Shown in pieces: positions 52,786 to 62,497 of a stretch of 64,000 bases of DNA. Origin of the DNA: an uncultured Verrucomicrobiota bacterium. GTDB taxonomy: Bacteria; Verrucomicrobiota; Verrucomicrobiia; Limisphaerales; SXQI01. The DNA lies in assembly GCA_964478815.1 (NCBI GenBank), contig CAYZKY010000001.1, positions 35,043-99,042 of the forward strand, written 5' to 3'. How positions within the stretch are numbered: position 1 is the stretch's first letter; each line of letters begins with the position of its first letter. A program made the translations under genes and the position numbers. The notes under the pieces are model-generated. The model was not told the DNA's origin, made no database searches, and saw nothing but the letters and a program-made list of their open reading frames with translations.

Positions 52786-53415
52786 ATGACAGCCATGTCT
52801 CATCTTAAATTCCCCAGGCGAATGATCTCGAAGAGCACCCTGATGGCCCTTGGCCTGGCAGCCGCGGCCTGGCCGGCGCAGGCGCTAATCTTCGAGGCGA
52901 GCCTCGATGGCCCCTCCGAGTTCCCCAACCCCGTCGCTTCGCCCGGCACGGGGACTTCGACCGTCTGGTACAACCCGACGACCCACATCCTGAGCATTGA
53001 GATCGATTGGGTCGATCTGGTGGGCGTGACGACCGTCGCCCACATCCACGGCCCGACCGCGGTAGCGGGAACCGGCGGAGCGAGTGTGATGACGACCACG
53101 CCAAGTTTCCCCGACTTCCCAGCAGGAGTAACTGCCGGTTCCTACGCGAGAACATTCGATATGACAGCAGCTTCGAGCTACAATCCCGCGTTTCTTAATA
53201 ACGCGGTAAACGGAGGCTCCACGGCCAGCGCCGAAGCGACGCTGGCGGCGGCATTGCTGGAAGGGAAGGCGTATGTAAACGTTCATTCCAGTTTCGTGGG
53301 CAGCGGGGAGATTCGCGGGTTTTACAAACTGGTGCCGGATGCCGGTGCCACGGCGGCGCTGCTGCTGCTCGGATTTGGAGGATTGGCTACCTTGCCCCGT
53401 CGTCAGGAGCAGTAG
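52786..53415 (+). CDS. CHRD-domain protein with a VPDSG-CTERM-like tail
   Basis: Signal peptide. CHRD signatures (LDGPSEFPNPVASPGTGTSTVWYN...AHIHGP...AYVNVHS). The C-terminus is VPDAGATAALLLLGFGGLATLPRRQEQ. Confidence 0.8.
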   Translation: MTAMSHLKFPRRMISKSTLMALGLAAAAWPAQALIFEASLDGPSEFPNPVASPGTGTSTVWYNPTTHILSIEIDWVDLVGVTTVAHIHGPTAVAGTGGASVMTTTPSFPDFPAGVTAGSYARTFDMTAASSYNPAFLNNAVNGGSTASAEATLAAALLEGKAYVNVHSSFVGSGEIRGFYKLVPDAGATAALLLLGFGGLATLPRRQEQ

Positions 53416-53526
53416 GAGCCACCAGGATTTCGATCAAGGCCCGCTCCTCGAATGCACTGGAGCGGGCCTTCGCGTTTCGGCGCCCGCTGCCCGAGAACCG
53501 GAAACCAACCTCCAACCACCCCAATC

Positions 53527-54879
53527 ATGACCTCGATCCCCCTGAGCCCAACGCTGGCCAGCCCCGCCCCTGAGCCCGCGCCACGCGGCCCCGTCAGCCA
53601 GTCCGACCGATTGGCCGCGCTCGATGCGTTGCGCGGGTTCGCGTGCCTGGGCATTCTGCTCATGAACATCGTGATCTTCGCGCAGCACGATGCGTTTTAC
53701 GACAATCCGGCAGCAGCGGGGGAGGCCGCAGGGGCCAACCTGTGGGTCTGGATGGTGATGCATGTGTTCGCGGAGGGGAAAATGCGCGCGCTCTTCTCGC
53801 TGCTGTTCGGCGCGAGCACCATTCTGCTCACGGCTCGGATGGAAGGGCGGGCGGATGCGGCGGATTTGTATTACCGGCGGCTGTTGTGGCTGTTCCTCTT
53901 CGGCATCGCGCACGGGTATCTATTGTGGCATGGGGAGATTCTGTACCCGTATGCGATTTGCGGGTTGTTTCTCTATCCCTTTCGAAACCTCTCGGCGCGG
54001 AAGCTGATCCTGATCGCGGTGGCGTGCTGGGTGGGAGTCGCGAGTTGTGCGGTCATCGGCGCTTACGCCAAGAAACTGGAGCGGCAGGAGGGAATCGCGG
54101 CGATCGAGAAGGAAAAATCGGGCGAGACGCTGACTGATGAGGAGCAGGACGCGAAGGAGGCATGGGAAGAATTCCAGGACGAACGCTATCCCCCGGCGGA
54201 AGAACTCGAGAAGAACAACGAAGCGTGGCGGGGGAGCGTGTGGAGCGTGCTCAAGGCGCGCGCCGGTTTTCTCTACGGCTACCATTCGCACCCGGTCTAC
54301 CACTTCTGGAATTTCGATGTGTGGGGAATGATGTTCCTCGGCATGGGGCTGTTCAAATTGGGCGTGCTCAGCGCGGGACTCTCGGTGCGGACGTACGCCT
54401 TGCTGGCCGGATTGGGAATGGTCTTGGGCACGATCATCAATTCCTACACCGGCTGGGTAACGATCCGGGCTGGATTCGATCCAGTGGTCCAGATCGGGAC
54501 CTTTGCGGTCTACGACCTGGGGCGGTTCGCCACCGCGCTGGGGTGGATGAGCCTTATCATGATTCTGTGCAAGACCGGCACGCTCCGGTTTCTGACCGAG
54601 CGGCTGGCCGCCGTCGGGCAGATGGCGTTCAGTTGCTATGTAGCGCAATCGGTCATCTGCAGTTTCATTTTCACCGGTTACGGCTTGGCGCTGTATGGGA
54701 AGCTCGAACGTTATGAGCTGTACTATGTCGTCGCGGGAGTGTGGCTGTTCCTGCTGATCGCGAGCCCGATCTGGCTGAAACATTTCCGGTTCGGCCCGCT
54801 GGAATGGGCCTGGCGCTCGCTGACCTACTGGAAACGCCAGCCCATGCGACGCGAGCAGCCGAACGCCTCCACGACATAG
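53527..54879 (+). CDS. DUF418/YeiB-like multi-pass membrane protein
   Basis: RLAALDALRGFACLGILLMNI at the N-terminus and the C-terminal FRFGPLEWAWRSLTYW motif are typical of the DUF418 family. Start taken at 53527. Confidence 0.8.
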   Translation: MTSIPLSPTLASPAPEPAPRGPVSQSDRLAALDALRGFACLGILLMNIVIFAQHDAFYDNPAAAGEAAGANLWVWMVMHVFAEGKMRALFSLLFGASTILLTARMEGRADAADLYYRRLLWLFLFGIAHGYLLWHGEILYPYAICGLFLYPFRNLSARKLILIAVACWVGVASCAVIGAYAKKLERQEGIAAIEKEKSGETLTDEEQDAKEAWEEFQDERYPPAEELEKNNEAWRGSVWSVLKARAGFLYGYHSHPVYHFWNFDVWGMMFLGMGLFKLGVLSAGLSVRTYALLAGLGMVLGTIINSYTGWVTIRAGFDPVVQIGTFAVYDLGRFATALGWMSLIMILCKTGTLRFLTERLAAVGQMAFSCYVAQSVICSFIFTGYGLALYGKLERYELYYVVAGVWLFLLIASPIWLKHFRFGPLEWAWRSLTYWKRQPMRREQPNASTT

Positions 54880-54972
54880 CGGGCCCGCCCCCGCCGGGTC
54901 CGCAGGATTGCGCTAGCAGTCATCGCATTTTTCGCTAAGGTTCGCCCGCCGGGTGGCGAAACAGTTTCAGTA

Positions 54973-56994
54973 ATGACAGCGATAGCGCGCAAAACCGGAT
55001 GGGTGGCGGCGGGCCTGGCCGCGATCGGGCTGTCCGCGGGAGCGGAGTCCGGCTGGGTGGGCTCGGGGCGAATCGCCATTCCGACGGAAGCGCCGCCGAC
55101 TCCACCGCCGATGATCGAAGCGGATGGAACCGCGCCCGCTGGGCTGCAGGCGCAATCCGCCCTTTACTCGATCGGCGATCCCACGCCGGACGAGCAGCTC
55201 TACCTGGAGTTGATCAATCGGGCGCGGGCGCGGCCGCAGGAGGAAGCGCAGATCTTCGCGACGACAACCGATCTGGACGTCCTGGCGGCTTACAACAACG
55301 AACCGTTCTGGACGGTCGATTTGAATTTGATGGTGGAACAGTATGCCACCATCCCCGTGGTGCCGCCCCTCGCGATGAATGCCCGGCTGCTCGTCGCGGC
55401 GCGCAAGCATTCGCGGTATCAATACGACATCGTCAAGCAGACGCACGACGGGCCTGGAACCTGGAACCTGGCGGATCGGGTCAGGAACGAAGGTTACAGC
55501 TATTCGCGCCTGGGCGAAAATGTGTATGCCACCGCCGCTTCGGTCTTCCACGGGCACGCGGGATTCGCGGTGGATTGGGGCTTCGGCCCGGGCGGCCTAC
55601 AGACCCCGGCCGGCCACCGGATGAACATTCACAGCTCGAACTTTCGCGAGGCTGGACTGGGCATCTACATGGGCTCGAAGCCGCCACCCGACGAGAACTC
55701 GCCGGGGGTGGGCCCCCAATTGATCACGCAGGATTTCGGGACGCAGTTGAACGCGACTCCGCTGCTGACGGGAGTGGCTTACTTCGACTTGAACGGCAAC
55801 AATTTCTATGACGTCGGCGAAGGGATCGGCGGGCTCACCATCACGGTGGATCGTGTGTCGCAGGCGGGCGCGACGGCCCGCTCGGGGGGGTACGCCGTGC
55901 CGATCAACACCGGCAACGGCAGCTACACCGTCCGTTTTACCGGGCCAGGACTCGATCCCGTCATGCACAGCCTGACCATCGCCAATGGCGAGAACGCCAA
56001 GCTCGATCTGACGCCGGTTTATGCGCCCCCGGCGATTTCCGGTCCGGAGGGGCCCTCCACCGGCCGCGACAACGCGTACGCCATTACTCCGGTGGTCGGA
56101 GCCTCGCGGTATCGCTGGCGCTCGTTTCAGACGTCGCCCGCCCCGGCCGAACCGGCCGAGTCCAACGCGAACATCCAGATCGAAAAGGCCGATTACCCGA
56201 TTCTCTCGAGCCTGCTGTTTCAATCCGGGCGGACGAGCTTCAACCTGCAACACAAGCAGAATGCGGCATTTCCGCAGCGGATCACGCTGCGGCCCCAGTA
56301 TCTGGTGCAGGACGGGGCTTCGTTTTCGTTTTACAGCCGGTTGCGCAGCGCCGCGGCCGACCAGATGGCGCGGGTGCAAATCTCGACCGACGAAGGCCTG
56401 ACCTGGCGCGATCTCTACACCCAAAACGGAACGGGCGACGAAGGCGAGACGATCTTCCATCTTCGGTCGATCTCCCTGGCGGAGTTTGCCGGACAGTCGG
56501 TGCGCATTCGCTTTTCGTATGAGGTCTTCGGGCGGTACCTGTTCGGCAGCGATCCGATCGGCTGGTTTATCGACAATATCAATTTCCAGAACGTGAGCCT
56601 GTTCGCAAATCTGGCTTCCAGCGAATCGGACGGGCCGTCGTTCAATCTGCGCCCGACAGCGACCGGGGATCTCTCCCTTCAGGCGCAAGCCCGTTCGGGG
56701 CACGAATTTCTCCCGTGGGGGCCGGTCAAGCGCGTGAATGTGGTCCAGGGGCCGGCAGAAGTGGCGGTGACGGGCGTGACGGCACTCAATGCGTCTCAAG
56801 CGCGGATTGCCTTCGAGTTGCGTTCGGGCAAGACACCGGCGGGCTACGTTTTGCAATCGAAGCCTTCGCTGGGGGCGGCTTGGGCCAACGATCCAGCTCC
56901 GGTGCAAGCGCTGGGGGGCAATCAATTCCAGGCCACGGCCACGCTGCCGGCAGGGGCGGCGAGCCGGTTCTTTCGAGTATTGGTGAATCCGTAA
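54973..56994 (+). CDS. Secreted CAP/SCP-domain protein with additional beta-sandwich domains and a conserved C-terminal module
   Basis: 673 aa with a signal peptide. CAP-like region (EQLYLELINRARARPQEEA...HSRYQ...GENVY...GHAGFAVDWG). The C-terminus ends ASRFFRVLVNP. Confidence 0.7.
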   Translation: MTAIARKTGWVAAGLAAIGLSAGAESGWVGSGRIAIPTEAPPTPPPMIEADGTAPAGLQAQSALYSIGDPTPDEQLYLELINRARARPQEEAQIFATTTDLDVLAAYNNEPFWTVDLNLMVEQYATIPVVPPLAMNARLLVAARKHSRYQYDIVKQTHDGPGTWNLADRVRNEGYSYSRLGENVYATAASVFHGHAGFAVDWGFGPGGLQTPAGHRMNIHSSNFREAGLGIYMGSKPPPDENSPGVGPQLITQDFGTQLNATPLLTGVAYFDLNGNNFYDVGEGIGGLTITVDRVSQAGATARSGGYAVPINTGNGSYTVRFTGPGLDPVMHSLTIANGENAKLDLTPVYAPPAISGPEGPSTGRDNAYAITPVVGASRYRWRSFQTSPAPAEPAESNANIQIEKADYPILSSLLFQSGRTSFNLQHKQNAAFPQRITLRPQYLVQDGASFSFYSRLRSAAADQMARVQISTDEGLTWRDLYTQNGTGDEGETIFHLRSISLAEFAGQSVRIRFSYEVFGRYLFGSDPIGWFIDNINFQNVSLFANLASSESDGPSFNLRPTATGDLSLQAQARSGHEFLPWGPVKRVNVVQGPAEVAVTGVTALNASQARIAFELRSGKTPAGYVLQSKPSLGAAWANDPAPVQALGGNQFQATATLPAGAASRFFRVLVNP

Positions 56995-57030
56995 CGGAAA
57001 CGCTTCGACCGCAGCCTGCGGTTAAGGCGG

Positions 57031-57669
57031 TCACTTCTTCGATTCGAAGACGGGCAGGCGCAGCTTCCACCCGATGGCAACCAGGCGCAGGAGGAGCACC
57101 AGGAGCATCGCCGCCACCCGCGTCGCAGGCCGGCCCGGCCAGAAATGCTCCACCGTCACGAAAGCCGTCGCGCCGCAAAAGGCCGCCGTGGCATACAGGT
57201 AAATATCCGGTTGAAAGACGAGCGGAATCTCCCGCAGCAGGACATCCCGCAGCAATCCGCCCACCACGCCGGTGATCACCCCGAGCATGACCGCGATCAC
57301 GCCGGAGGATTGCAGGAGCATGGCCTTCTCCGTGCCTGCGATGGTGAAAAGAGCCAGTCCGAAGGCATCCGCCACCAGCAGCACCCGGAGGGGAATGGTC
57401 ACGAAGCGGGCGAGGGCGAAAGTCGCCAGCGCCGCCACCGAGGCCGTGACGATGTAGCTCGGATTCGCCACCCAGAACAAGGGACGAACGCCGAGGCAGA
57501 GATCCCGCACCGTGCCCCCGCCGACGGCCGTCACAACCGCCAGCACCAGGACGCCGAACAGATCCACGCGCTTGCCCGCCGCCGCCAGCGCCCCGCTGCA
57601 GGCGCAGACCGCGACGGCCGCCTGCTCGACCCAGAACCGCATCGGCAGAAGCATCAGTTCCTCGCTCAT
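57031..57669 (-). CDS. TRIC/UPF0126 (YadS/YicG-like) cation-channel family membrane protein
   Basis: Duplicated motif GALAAAGKRVDLFGVLVLAVVTAVGGGTVRDL and GVITGVVGGLLRDVLL. Start taken at the internal ATG 57669. Confidence 0.8.
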   Translation of the reverse strand: MSEELMLLPMRFWVEQAAVAVCACSGALAAAGKRVDLFGVLVLAVVTAVGGGTVRDLCLGVRPLFWVANPSYIVTASVAALATFALARFVTIPLRVLLVADAFGLALFTIAGTEKAMLLQSSGVIAVMLGVITGVVGGLLRDVLLREIPLVFQPDIYLYATAAFCGATAFVTVEHFWPGRPATRVAAMLLVLLLRLVAIGWKLRLPVFESKK

Positions 57670-57811
57670 GGTTCTGGCGGCCGGCGCTCTGTCGTAAATG
57701 GCTTCACCGGCATGGCATCGGAATCGGTCACGCGGCGGATCATACGCCCAACGCGGCAACGCGCCAATGCCAAGCCGGAAAAAGCCGTCCGGTTCGATGC
57801 CCATCGTGGCC

Positions 57812-58543
57812 TTAGGGCGTTGGGCTGGCCAGTCCGGTCTTCGGCCGGAGCGCCATCCAGCGGGTATTCCAATCTGACCAGTCGGCCTCCCAATCCGGTC
57901 CAGAATAATCAAGACGGCTTTGGGGAAGGCGAGTCTCATAGTCTTGCGCGGCCTCGCGGGCCAGGTTGCGCAAGCCCCACTTTACGTACGACTCGATCAA
58001 GGCAAGGTGGTTGTCGGGGTTGCCGGGCGCGAGTTCGACCGCATGTTCGAGATATTGCCGGGCTTTCGTGAGGCTGCCGATACTGGCGGGCCAGCCGGGA
58101 GCATTGGCGTACAGCATTCCAAGAGTGCGCACTGGCCCGGCAAACCGGAAGCTGGCATCCAGCGCGGCCGCAGATTTCAACTCCCGTTCCATCTCACGCA
58201 CGAGCCGAAGCGCGCCCAGGCTTTTCGTCCGCGCCAACTGGGCAAGATTAAGGGCGAGGTAATAATGGGCCGGCGCGGAAACCGCTCCGGCCTCGATCTG
58301 GCGGCGGCAGGCGGCGATCCCTTCGTTCGCCAGGGCGGCGCGCTGGGTGTCGTTGGTGGCGAATTCGGCCCATTCGAAAACGGCCTTGGCAAAAAGCCAG
58401 GCATTGGTGAGCGGGGTGCCGGGCTCCTCGAAGCGAGCCTTCGCGACGCTGTAGGCTAGCTGGGCGGAACCGGCGTAATTGGTCTCTGCGGCTTCGAGCC
58501 GAAACAGCATGCCGATGAGGAAGAAAAGGGCGAGGGCAGGCAT
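57812..58543 (-). CDS. Secreted all-helical TPR-like protein (TatT-like)
   Basis: Start taken at MPALALFFLIGMLF. Helical repeat content, with LGMLYANAPGWPASIGSLTKARQYLEHAVELAPGN resembling the TatT/TPR-like family. Product assignment is tentative. Confidence 0.5.
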   Translation of the reverse strand: MPALALFFLIGMLFRLEAAETNYAGSAQLAYSVAKARFEEPGTPLTNAWLFAKAVFEWAEFATNDTQRAALANEGIAACRRQIEAGAVSAPAHYYLALNLAQLARTKSLGALRLVREMERELKSAAALDASFRFAGPVRTLGMLYANAPGWPASIGSLTKARQYLEHAVELAPGNPDNHLALIESYVKWGLRNLAREAAQDYETRLPQSRLDYSGPDWEADWSDWNTRWMALRPKTGLASPTP

Positions 58544-58591
58544 CCGTTTTAACAGTTGCGGGGCGTCATCGATTGAATTTATACTAGGCAA

Positions 58592-58789
58592 GTGAGAATC
58601 AAGTGGAAACTGTTTCTGCTCGCGGCGTGTTGTGCCGCCGGCTTGGGAACGGGATGCGGCGGGTTCAGCGCTTCAAGAAGCGTTTCCCCGGCCACCTTCC
58701 TGCTTCCGGGCCTCGGGCAGAATGGGACCCCTGCGGGGGTGCCAGCCGCCACTTTGGCCCTGGCAGAAGCCCCAGTTTCGCTCGAATAA
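58592..58789 (+). CDS. Possible small lipoprotein (65 aa)
   Basis: GTG start. MRIKWKLFLLAACCAAGLGTGCGG has a lipobox-like LGTGC. It sits directly upstream of hpnH. Confidence 0.4.
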   Translation: MRIKWKLFLLAACCAAGLGTGCGGFSASRSVSPATFLLPGLGQNGTPAGVPAATLALAEAPVSLE

Positions 58790-58798
58790 TCGCCGCTT

Positions 58799-60154
58799 AT
58801 GCGTTTTCCTCTAGCCCTGACGGCTAAAATCGCCGGCCATATTGTTAAACACAAGCTGGCCCGCACTCCAAAATTCGCCATGGTGCTGCAGCTCGAACCG
58901 CTGCACACCTGCAACCTCACCTGCACCGGGTGCGGACGCATCCGGGAGTATTCCACCAGCCTGAAGGACATGATGCCGCTGGAGGATTGCCTCGCGTCGG
59001 CCACGGAATGCGATGCGCCGATGGTCTCGATCTGCGGTGGGGAGCCGCTGATTTACCCCAAGATCGAGGAACTGGTGGCGGGGCTGCGCGAACAAGGGCG
59101 GATCGTTTACATCTGCACGAACGGCATGTTCATGCGGAAGAAAATGAAGGACTACCTGGCGGCCGGCTATTCGCCCGCCCAGGAAGGGCTCCTCGCGCGG
59201 CTGCTGGAGCAAAAATTGATTTCGGATAAGGACGCCGAGAGCATTCGCAAAGGGAAAAGCGACGGCCGGCCTGTGATCGGTCCCAGCAAATGGACGTACT
59301 GGAACGTCCACATCGACGGTCTCGAGTACACCCACGACCTCATCGTCGAGCGCGAAGGTGTTTTCAAGGAATGCGTCGAAGCCATCAAGATGGCGAAGAT
59401 GCTCGGCTACCAGGTCGCCACCAACACCACCGTTTACAAGGAGACCGACGTCCAGGAACTCGAGGAGATGTTCGAGTTCTTCTCCGCTTTGGAAGTGGAT
59501 GGGCACACCATTTCCCCCGGCTACGATTACGACGCGGCCAAAAAGGACATGGTCAAGCGGCTGGCCAAGAAACCGGAGGATTTCTTCCTCACACGCAAGA
59601 TGACGCGGGAGAAATTTGCCAAGATTCAGGAATGGGGCGAACGCTTCACCATCTTCGGCACGCCGGTGTATCAGGAGTTCCTCGCCGGCAAGCGGGAGCT
59701 GACCTGCACCGCCTGGGCGATCCCGACCCGCAATGTCCGCGGCTGGAAGGCCCCCTGCTACCTCATGACGGATGGCCACTATGCCGGCTACCAGGAAATG
59801 CTCACGAAGGTGGACTGGAATAAGTACGGCGTCGTGAACGGCGTCGCGCGCGACCCCCGCTGCGAGAACTGCATGGTCCATTGCGGATACGACCCGAGCG
59901 GCGCCTTGGGCACGAATTACCAGCGCGGGGATAACTGGAAGAATTTCAGTTATAACTTCGGCCGCAAGCCTAAGCCCTATTACGAAGGCCGCAATGTCCG
60001 CGCCTATAACGGCTTTTCCATTGGCAAGGGCCACCTCGCCGAAGCGAAAGCCGCCATCAATTCGGCCGCGGCGGCCAATGGTGGTTGCAGCAGCGGTGGT
60101 CACAGCGAGCGGGACGATCTGCTGCAGAAGATCGCGGCGAAGAAAGACGGGTGA
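58799..60154 (+). CDS. hpnH: Radical SAM adenosyl-hopene transferase HpnH-like
   Basis: PKFAMVLQLEPLHTCNLTCTGCGRIREY (CxxxCxxC radical SAM cluster motif in the HpnH-typical context) and the C-terminal CENCMVHCGYDPS. 451 aa. Confidence 0.8.
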   Translation: MRFPLALTAKIAGHIVKHKLARTPKFAMVLQLEPLHTCNLTCTGCGRIREYSTSLKDMMPLEDCLASATECDAPMVSICGGEPLIYPKIEELVAGLREQGRIVYICTNGMFMRKKMKDYLAAGYSPAQEGLLARLLEQKLISDKDAESIRKGKSDGRPVIGPSKWTYWNVHIDGLEYTHDLIVEREGVFKECVEAIKMAKMLGYQVATNTTVYKETDVQELEEMFEFFSALEVDGHTISPGYDYDAAKKDMVKRLAKKPEDFFLTRKMTREKFAKIQEWGERFTIFGTPVYQEFLAGKRELTCTAWAIPTRNVRGWKAPCYLMTDGHYAGYQEMLTKVDWNKYGVVNGVARDPRCENCMVHCGYDPSGALGTNYQRGDNWKNFSYNFGRKPKPYYEGRNVRAYNGFSIGKGHLAEAKAAINSAAAANGGCSSGGHSERDDLLQKIAAKKDG

Positions 60155-60181
60155 AATCCCTCGCCGGTTTCGAAGCATTGC

Positions 60182-60571
60182 ATGACTGCGATGAGTCCGA
60201 ACGCCGCGATCGAATTTCCCGCGTTGCGCGACCCGCGTTACCCGGTCCATCGGATTGCCTCCGATCTGGAGCCTTACCTCCGCGCGATCGTCGCGAGGAT
60301 CCGGCCGGATCAAATCGTCCTGTTTGGAAGCCAGGCCTATGGCGATCCGACCGAGCACAGCGATGTGGATTTGCTGGTTGTGCGCCGCGAAATGGCCAAC
60401 ATGCTGGAGAGCAACCTCGAGATTCGGCGAGCGCTCCGCGAGGTCGATGCTCCTCCGATGTCATTCACTCTAGTTTCGGCGACGCCGGCGCTCGTCGAGC
60501 GAAAGCTCGCAATGCACGATTTCTTGTTCGAGGATATTTTCCGCCAAGGTGTGCGTCTTTATGCTGCGTAA
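60182..60571 (+). CDS. Nucleotidyltransferase (MNT) domain protein, antitoxin-type partner of HEPN
   Basis: IVLFGSQAYGDPTEHSDVDLLVV is the GSxxxG...D.D minimal nucleotidyltransferase motif. It overlaps the following HEPN ORF. Confidence 0.8.
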   Translation: MTAMSPNAAIEFPALRDPRYPVHRIASDLEPYLRAIVARIRPDQIVLFGSQAYGDPTEHSDVDLLVVRREMANMLESNLEIRRALREVDAPPMSFTLVSATPALVERKLAMHDFLFEDIFRQGVRLYAA

Positions 60572-60980
60572 GCTCACGCAGGCCAACGACCCAGCGGATT
60601 GGTTTGCCTTCGCGCAAGAGCGCCTTCATGCCGCCGATGTGCTTTGGAACTCCGATGGCTTGACGTTCACCGGGGTTGAGTGTCTCCAGGAAGCGGTTGA
60701 GCGATACCTGAAGGGATTCCTGATCGCCCGCGGATGGAGACTGGTCAAAACCCGTGACCTCAATCTTCTGGTGATTGAAGCGCGCGGCTTCGATCCGGCT
60801 TTTGGCCGGTTCGTAGAGATGGCAGAAAAATTGACGGAGCAATTCTTTCTCCAGCACTATCCCGGATTGGACACGACGAACGTCGGGCTGGATTACGAAA
60901 AACTTCGAGAAGAAACCGCCGCGCTTGTCACTATGATCCAGGCGGCTCTTCCGTCGTACTTTCCGAACGCGACACAGTGA
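60549..60980 (+). CDS. HEPN-domain protein (toxin-type partner of MNT), with a variant catalytic motif
   Basis: HEPN helical pattern AQERLHAADVLW...ECLQEAVERYLKGFLIARGWRLVKTRDLNLL. The expected R-x4-H reads RLVKTR. Alternative start at 60561. Confidence 0.75.
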   Translation: MCVFMLRKLTQANDPADWFAFAQERLHAADVLWNSDGLTFTGVECLQEAVERYLKGFLIARGWRLVKTRDLNLLVIEARGFDPAFGRFVEMAEKLTEQFFLQHYPGLDTTNVGLDYEKLREETAALVTMIQAALPSYFPNATQ

Positions 60981-62419
60981 AGACCTTATTCCTCTCCCCG
61001 CCTTCCTTCGACGGTTTCGATGGCGGCGCCGGGGCGCGCTATCAGGCGAAGCGCGAGATCCGTTCCTTTTGGTATCCCACCTGGCTGGCGCAACCCGCCG
61101 CCCTCGTTCGGGACAGCAAGCTGATGGATTGCCCGCCGCACGACATCAATGTGCCGGCCTGTCTCGCGGAGGCGAAGCAATACGATCACGTCATCATTCA
61201 TACCTCCACTCCTTCGCTGAAGAACGATTGCAAGGTAGCCGAGGCCATCAAAGCGCAGAAGCCGTCCACGACCATCGGCTTCATCGGCGCGCATGCTGCC
61301 GTGCTCCCCGCGGAAACGCTGAAAGCTTCGTCCGCCATCGACTGGGTGGGGCGCAAGGAATTCGATTTCACCTGCAAGGAAGTCGCCGAAGGCCGCCCCC
61401 TGCGCGAAGTGACCGGCCTCTCCTATCGCCACGAGGGCAAGATCGTCCACAATCCCGAACGCGAGCTGATCCAGGACATGGACTGCCTCCCGTGGGTGGT
61501 GGACGTCTACAAACGCGATTTGCAGATCGAGAAATATTCCATCGGTTATCTCAAGGAACCCTACGTCTCTCTCTACACCGGCCGCGGCTGCCCGGCGCAA
61601 TGCACCTTCTGCCTCTGGCCGCAAACCATCGGCGGCCACAAATATCGCGTCCGCTCGGCGCAAAACGTGGCCGACGAAATGGCTCATGCGAAAAAGCTCT
61701 TTCCGCAAGTGCAGGAGTTTTTCTTCGATGACGACACCTTCACGGCGAATCTGCCTCGGGCCCGCGAGATCGCGCAAAAGCTTCGCCCGCTCGATCTGAC
61801 TTGGTCCTGCAATAGCCGCGCGAACGTCAATTACGACACGATCAAACTGATGAAGGACTGCGGCCTGCGCCTCTTCCTCGTCGGCTACGAATCGGGCAAT
61901 CAGCAGATTCTCGATCGCATCAAAAAGGGGATCACGATCGAGGAAGCCAGGAAGTTTACTCAAGCCTGCAAGGATCTTGGCGTGATCATTCACGGTACTT
62001 TCATTCTTGGCCTGCCGGTCGAGACCAGGGAAAGCATCCAGGAAACGATCCGTTACGCGATGGAACTTGATGTCTTCAGCATCCAGGTCTCTCTGGCCGC
62101 GCCCTATCCCGGCACCGAGCTTTACGAGATGGCCCGCCAGAACGGCTGGTTCGCCAAGAAGGACAAGGCCGATATCGTCCACGGCGATGGGCTGCAACAG
62201 TCGACCTTGGAATACCCCGGTTTGACCAAGGAGGAGGTTTTCGAGTCCGTCGAACGCTTTTACCGTCAGTATTATCTCCGTCCACGCCCGATTCTCCGCA
62301 TCCTCAAGACGATGCTCGAAGACAAGGAGGTGTTCGTCCGCCGCGTTCGCGAAGGCTACGAATTCTTCCGCACCATGGCGCAACGCCGCGAAGACCTCGC
62401 CGCCGCCGCGGCTGCATAG
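60977..62419 (+). CDS. hpnJ: B12-binding radical SAM protein HpnJ-like (hopanoid side-chain modification)
   Basis: TLFLSPPSFDGFDGGAGARYQAKREIRSFWYPTWLAQPAALV N-terminus and the radical SAM motif GRGCPAQCTFC. The GTG start overlaps the HEPN stop (GTGA). Confidence 0.8.
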   Translation: MKTLFLSPPSFDGFDGGAGARYQAKREIRSFWYPTWLAQPAALVRDSKLMDCPPHDINVPACLAEAKQYDHVIIHTSTPSLKNDCKVAEAIKAQKPSTTIGFIGAHAAVLPAETLKASSAIDWVGRKEFDFTCKEVAEGRPLREVTGLSYRHEGKIVHNPERELIQDMDCLPWVVDVYKRDLQIEKYSIGYLKEPYVSLYTGRGCPAQCTFCLWPQTIGGHKYRVRSAQNVADEMAHAKKLFPQVQEFFFDDDTFTANLPRAREIAQKLRPLDLTWSCNSRANVNYDTIKLMKDCGLRLFLVGYESGNQQILDRIKKGITIEEARKFTQACKDLGVIIHGTFILGLPVETRESIQETIRYAMELDVFSIQVSLAAPYPGTELYEMARQNGWFAKKDKADIVHGDGLQQSTLEYPGLTKEEVFESVERFYRQYYLRPRPILRILKTMLEDKEVFVRRVREGYEFFRTMAQRREDLAAAAAA

Positions 62420-62497
62420 CCCCCACGCGCGCCGCTGGCGCGTTTCGGCAAGGAATTCGCATTGAGTTTGGCTCTGTCGCTGGTAAAAGAAGGGGGT

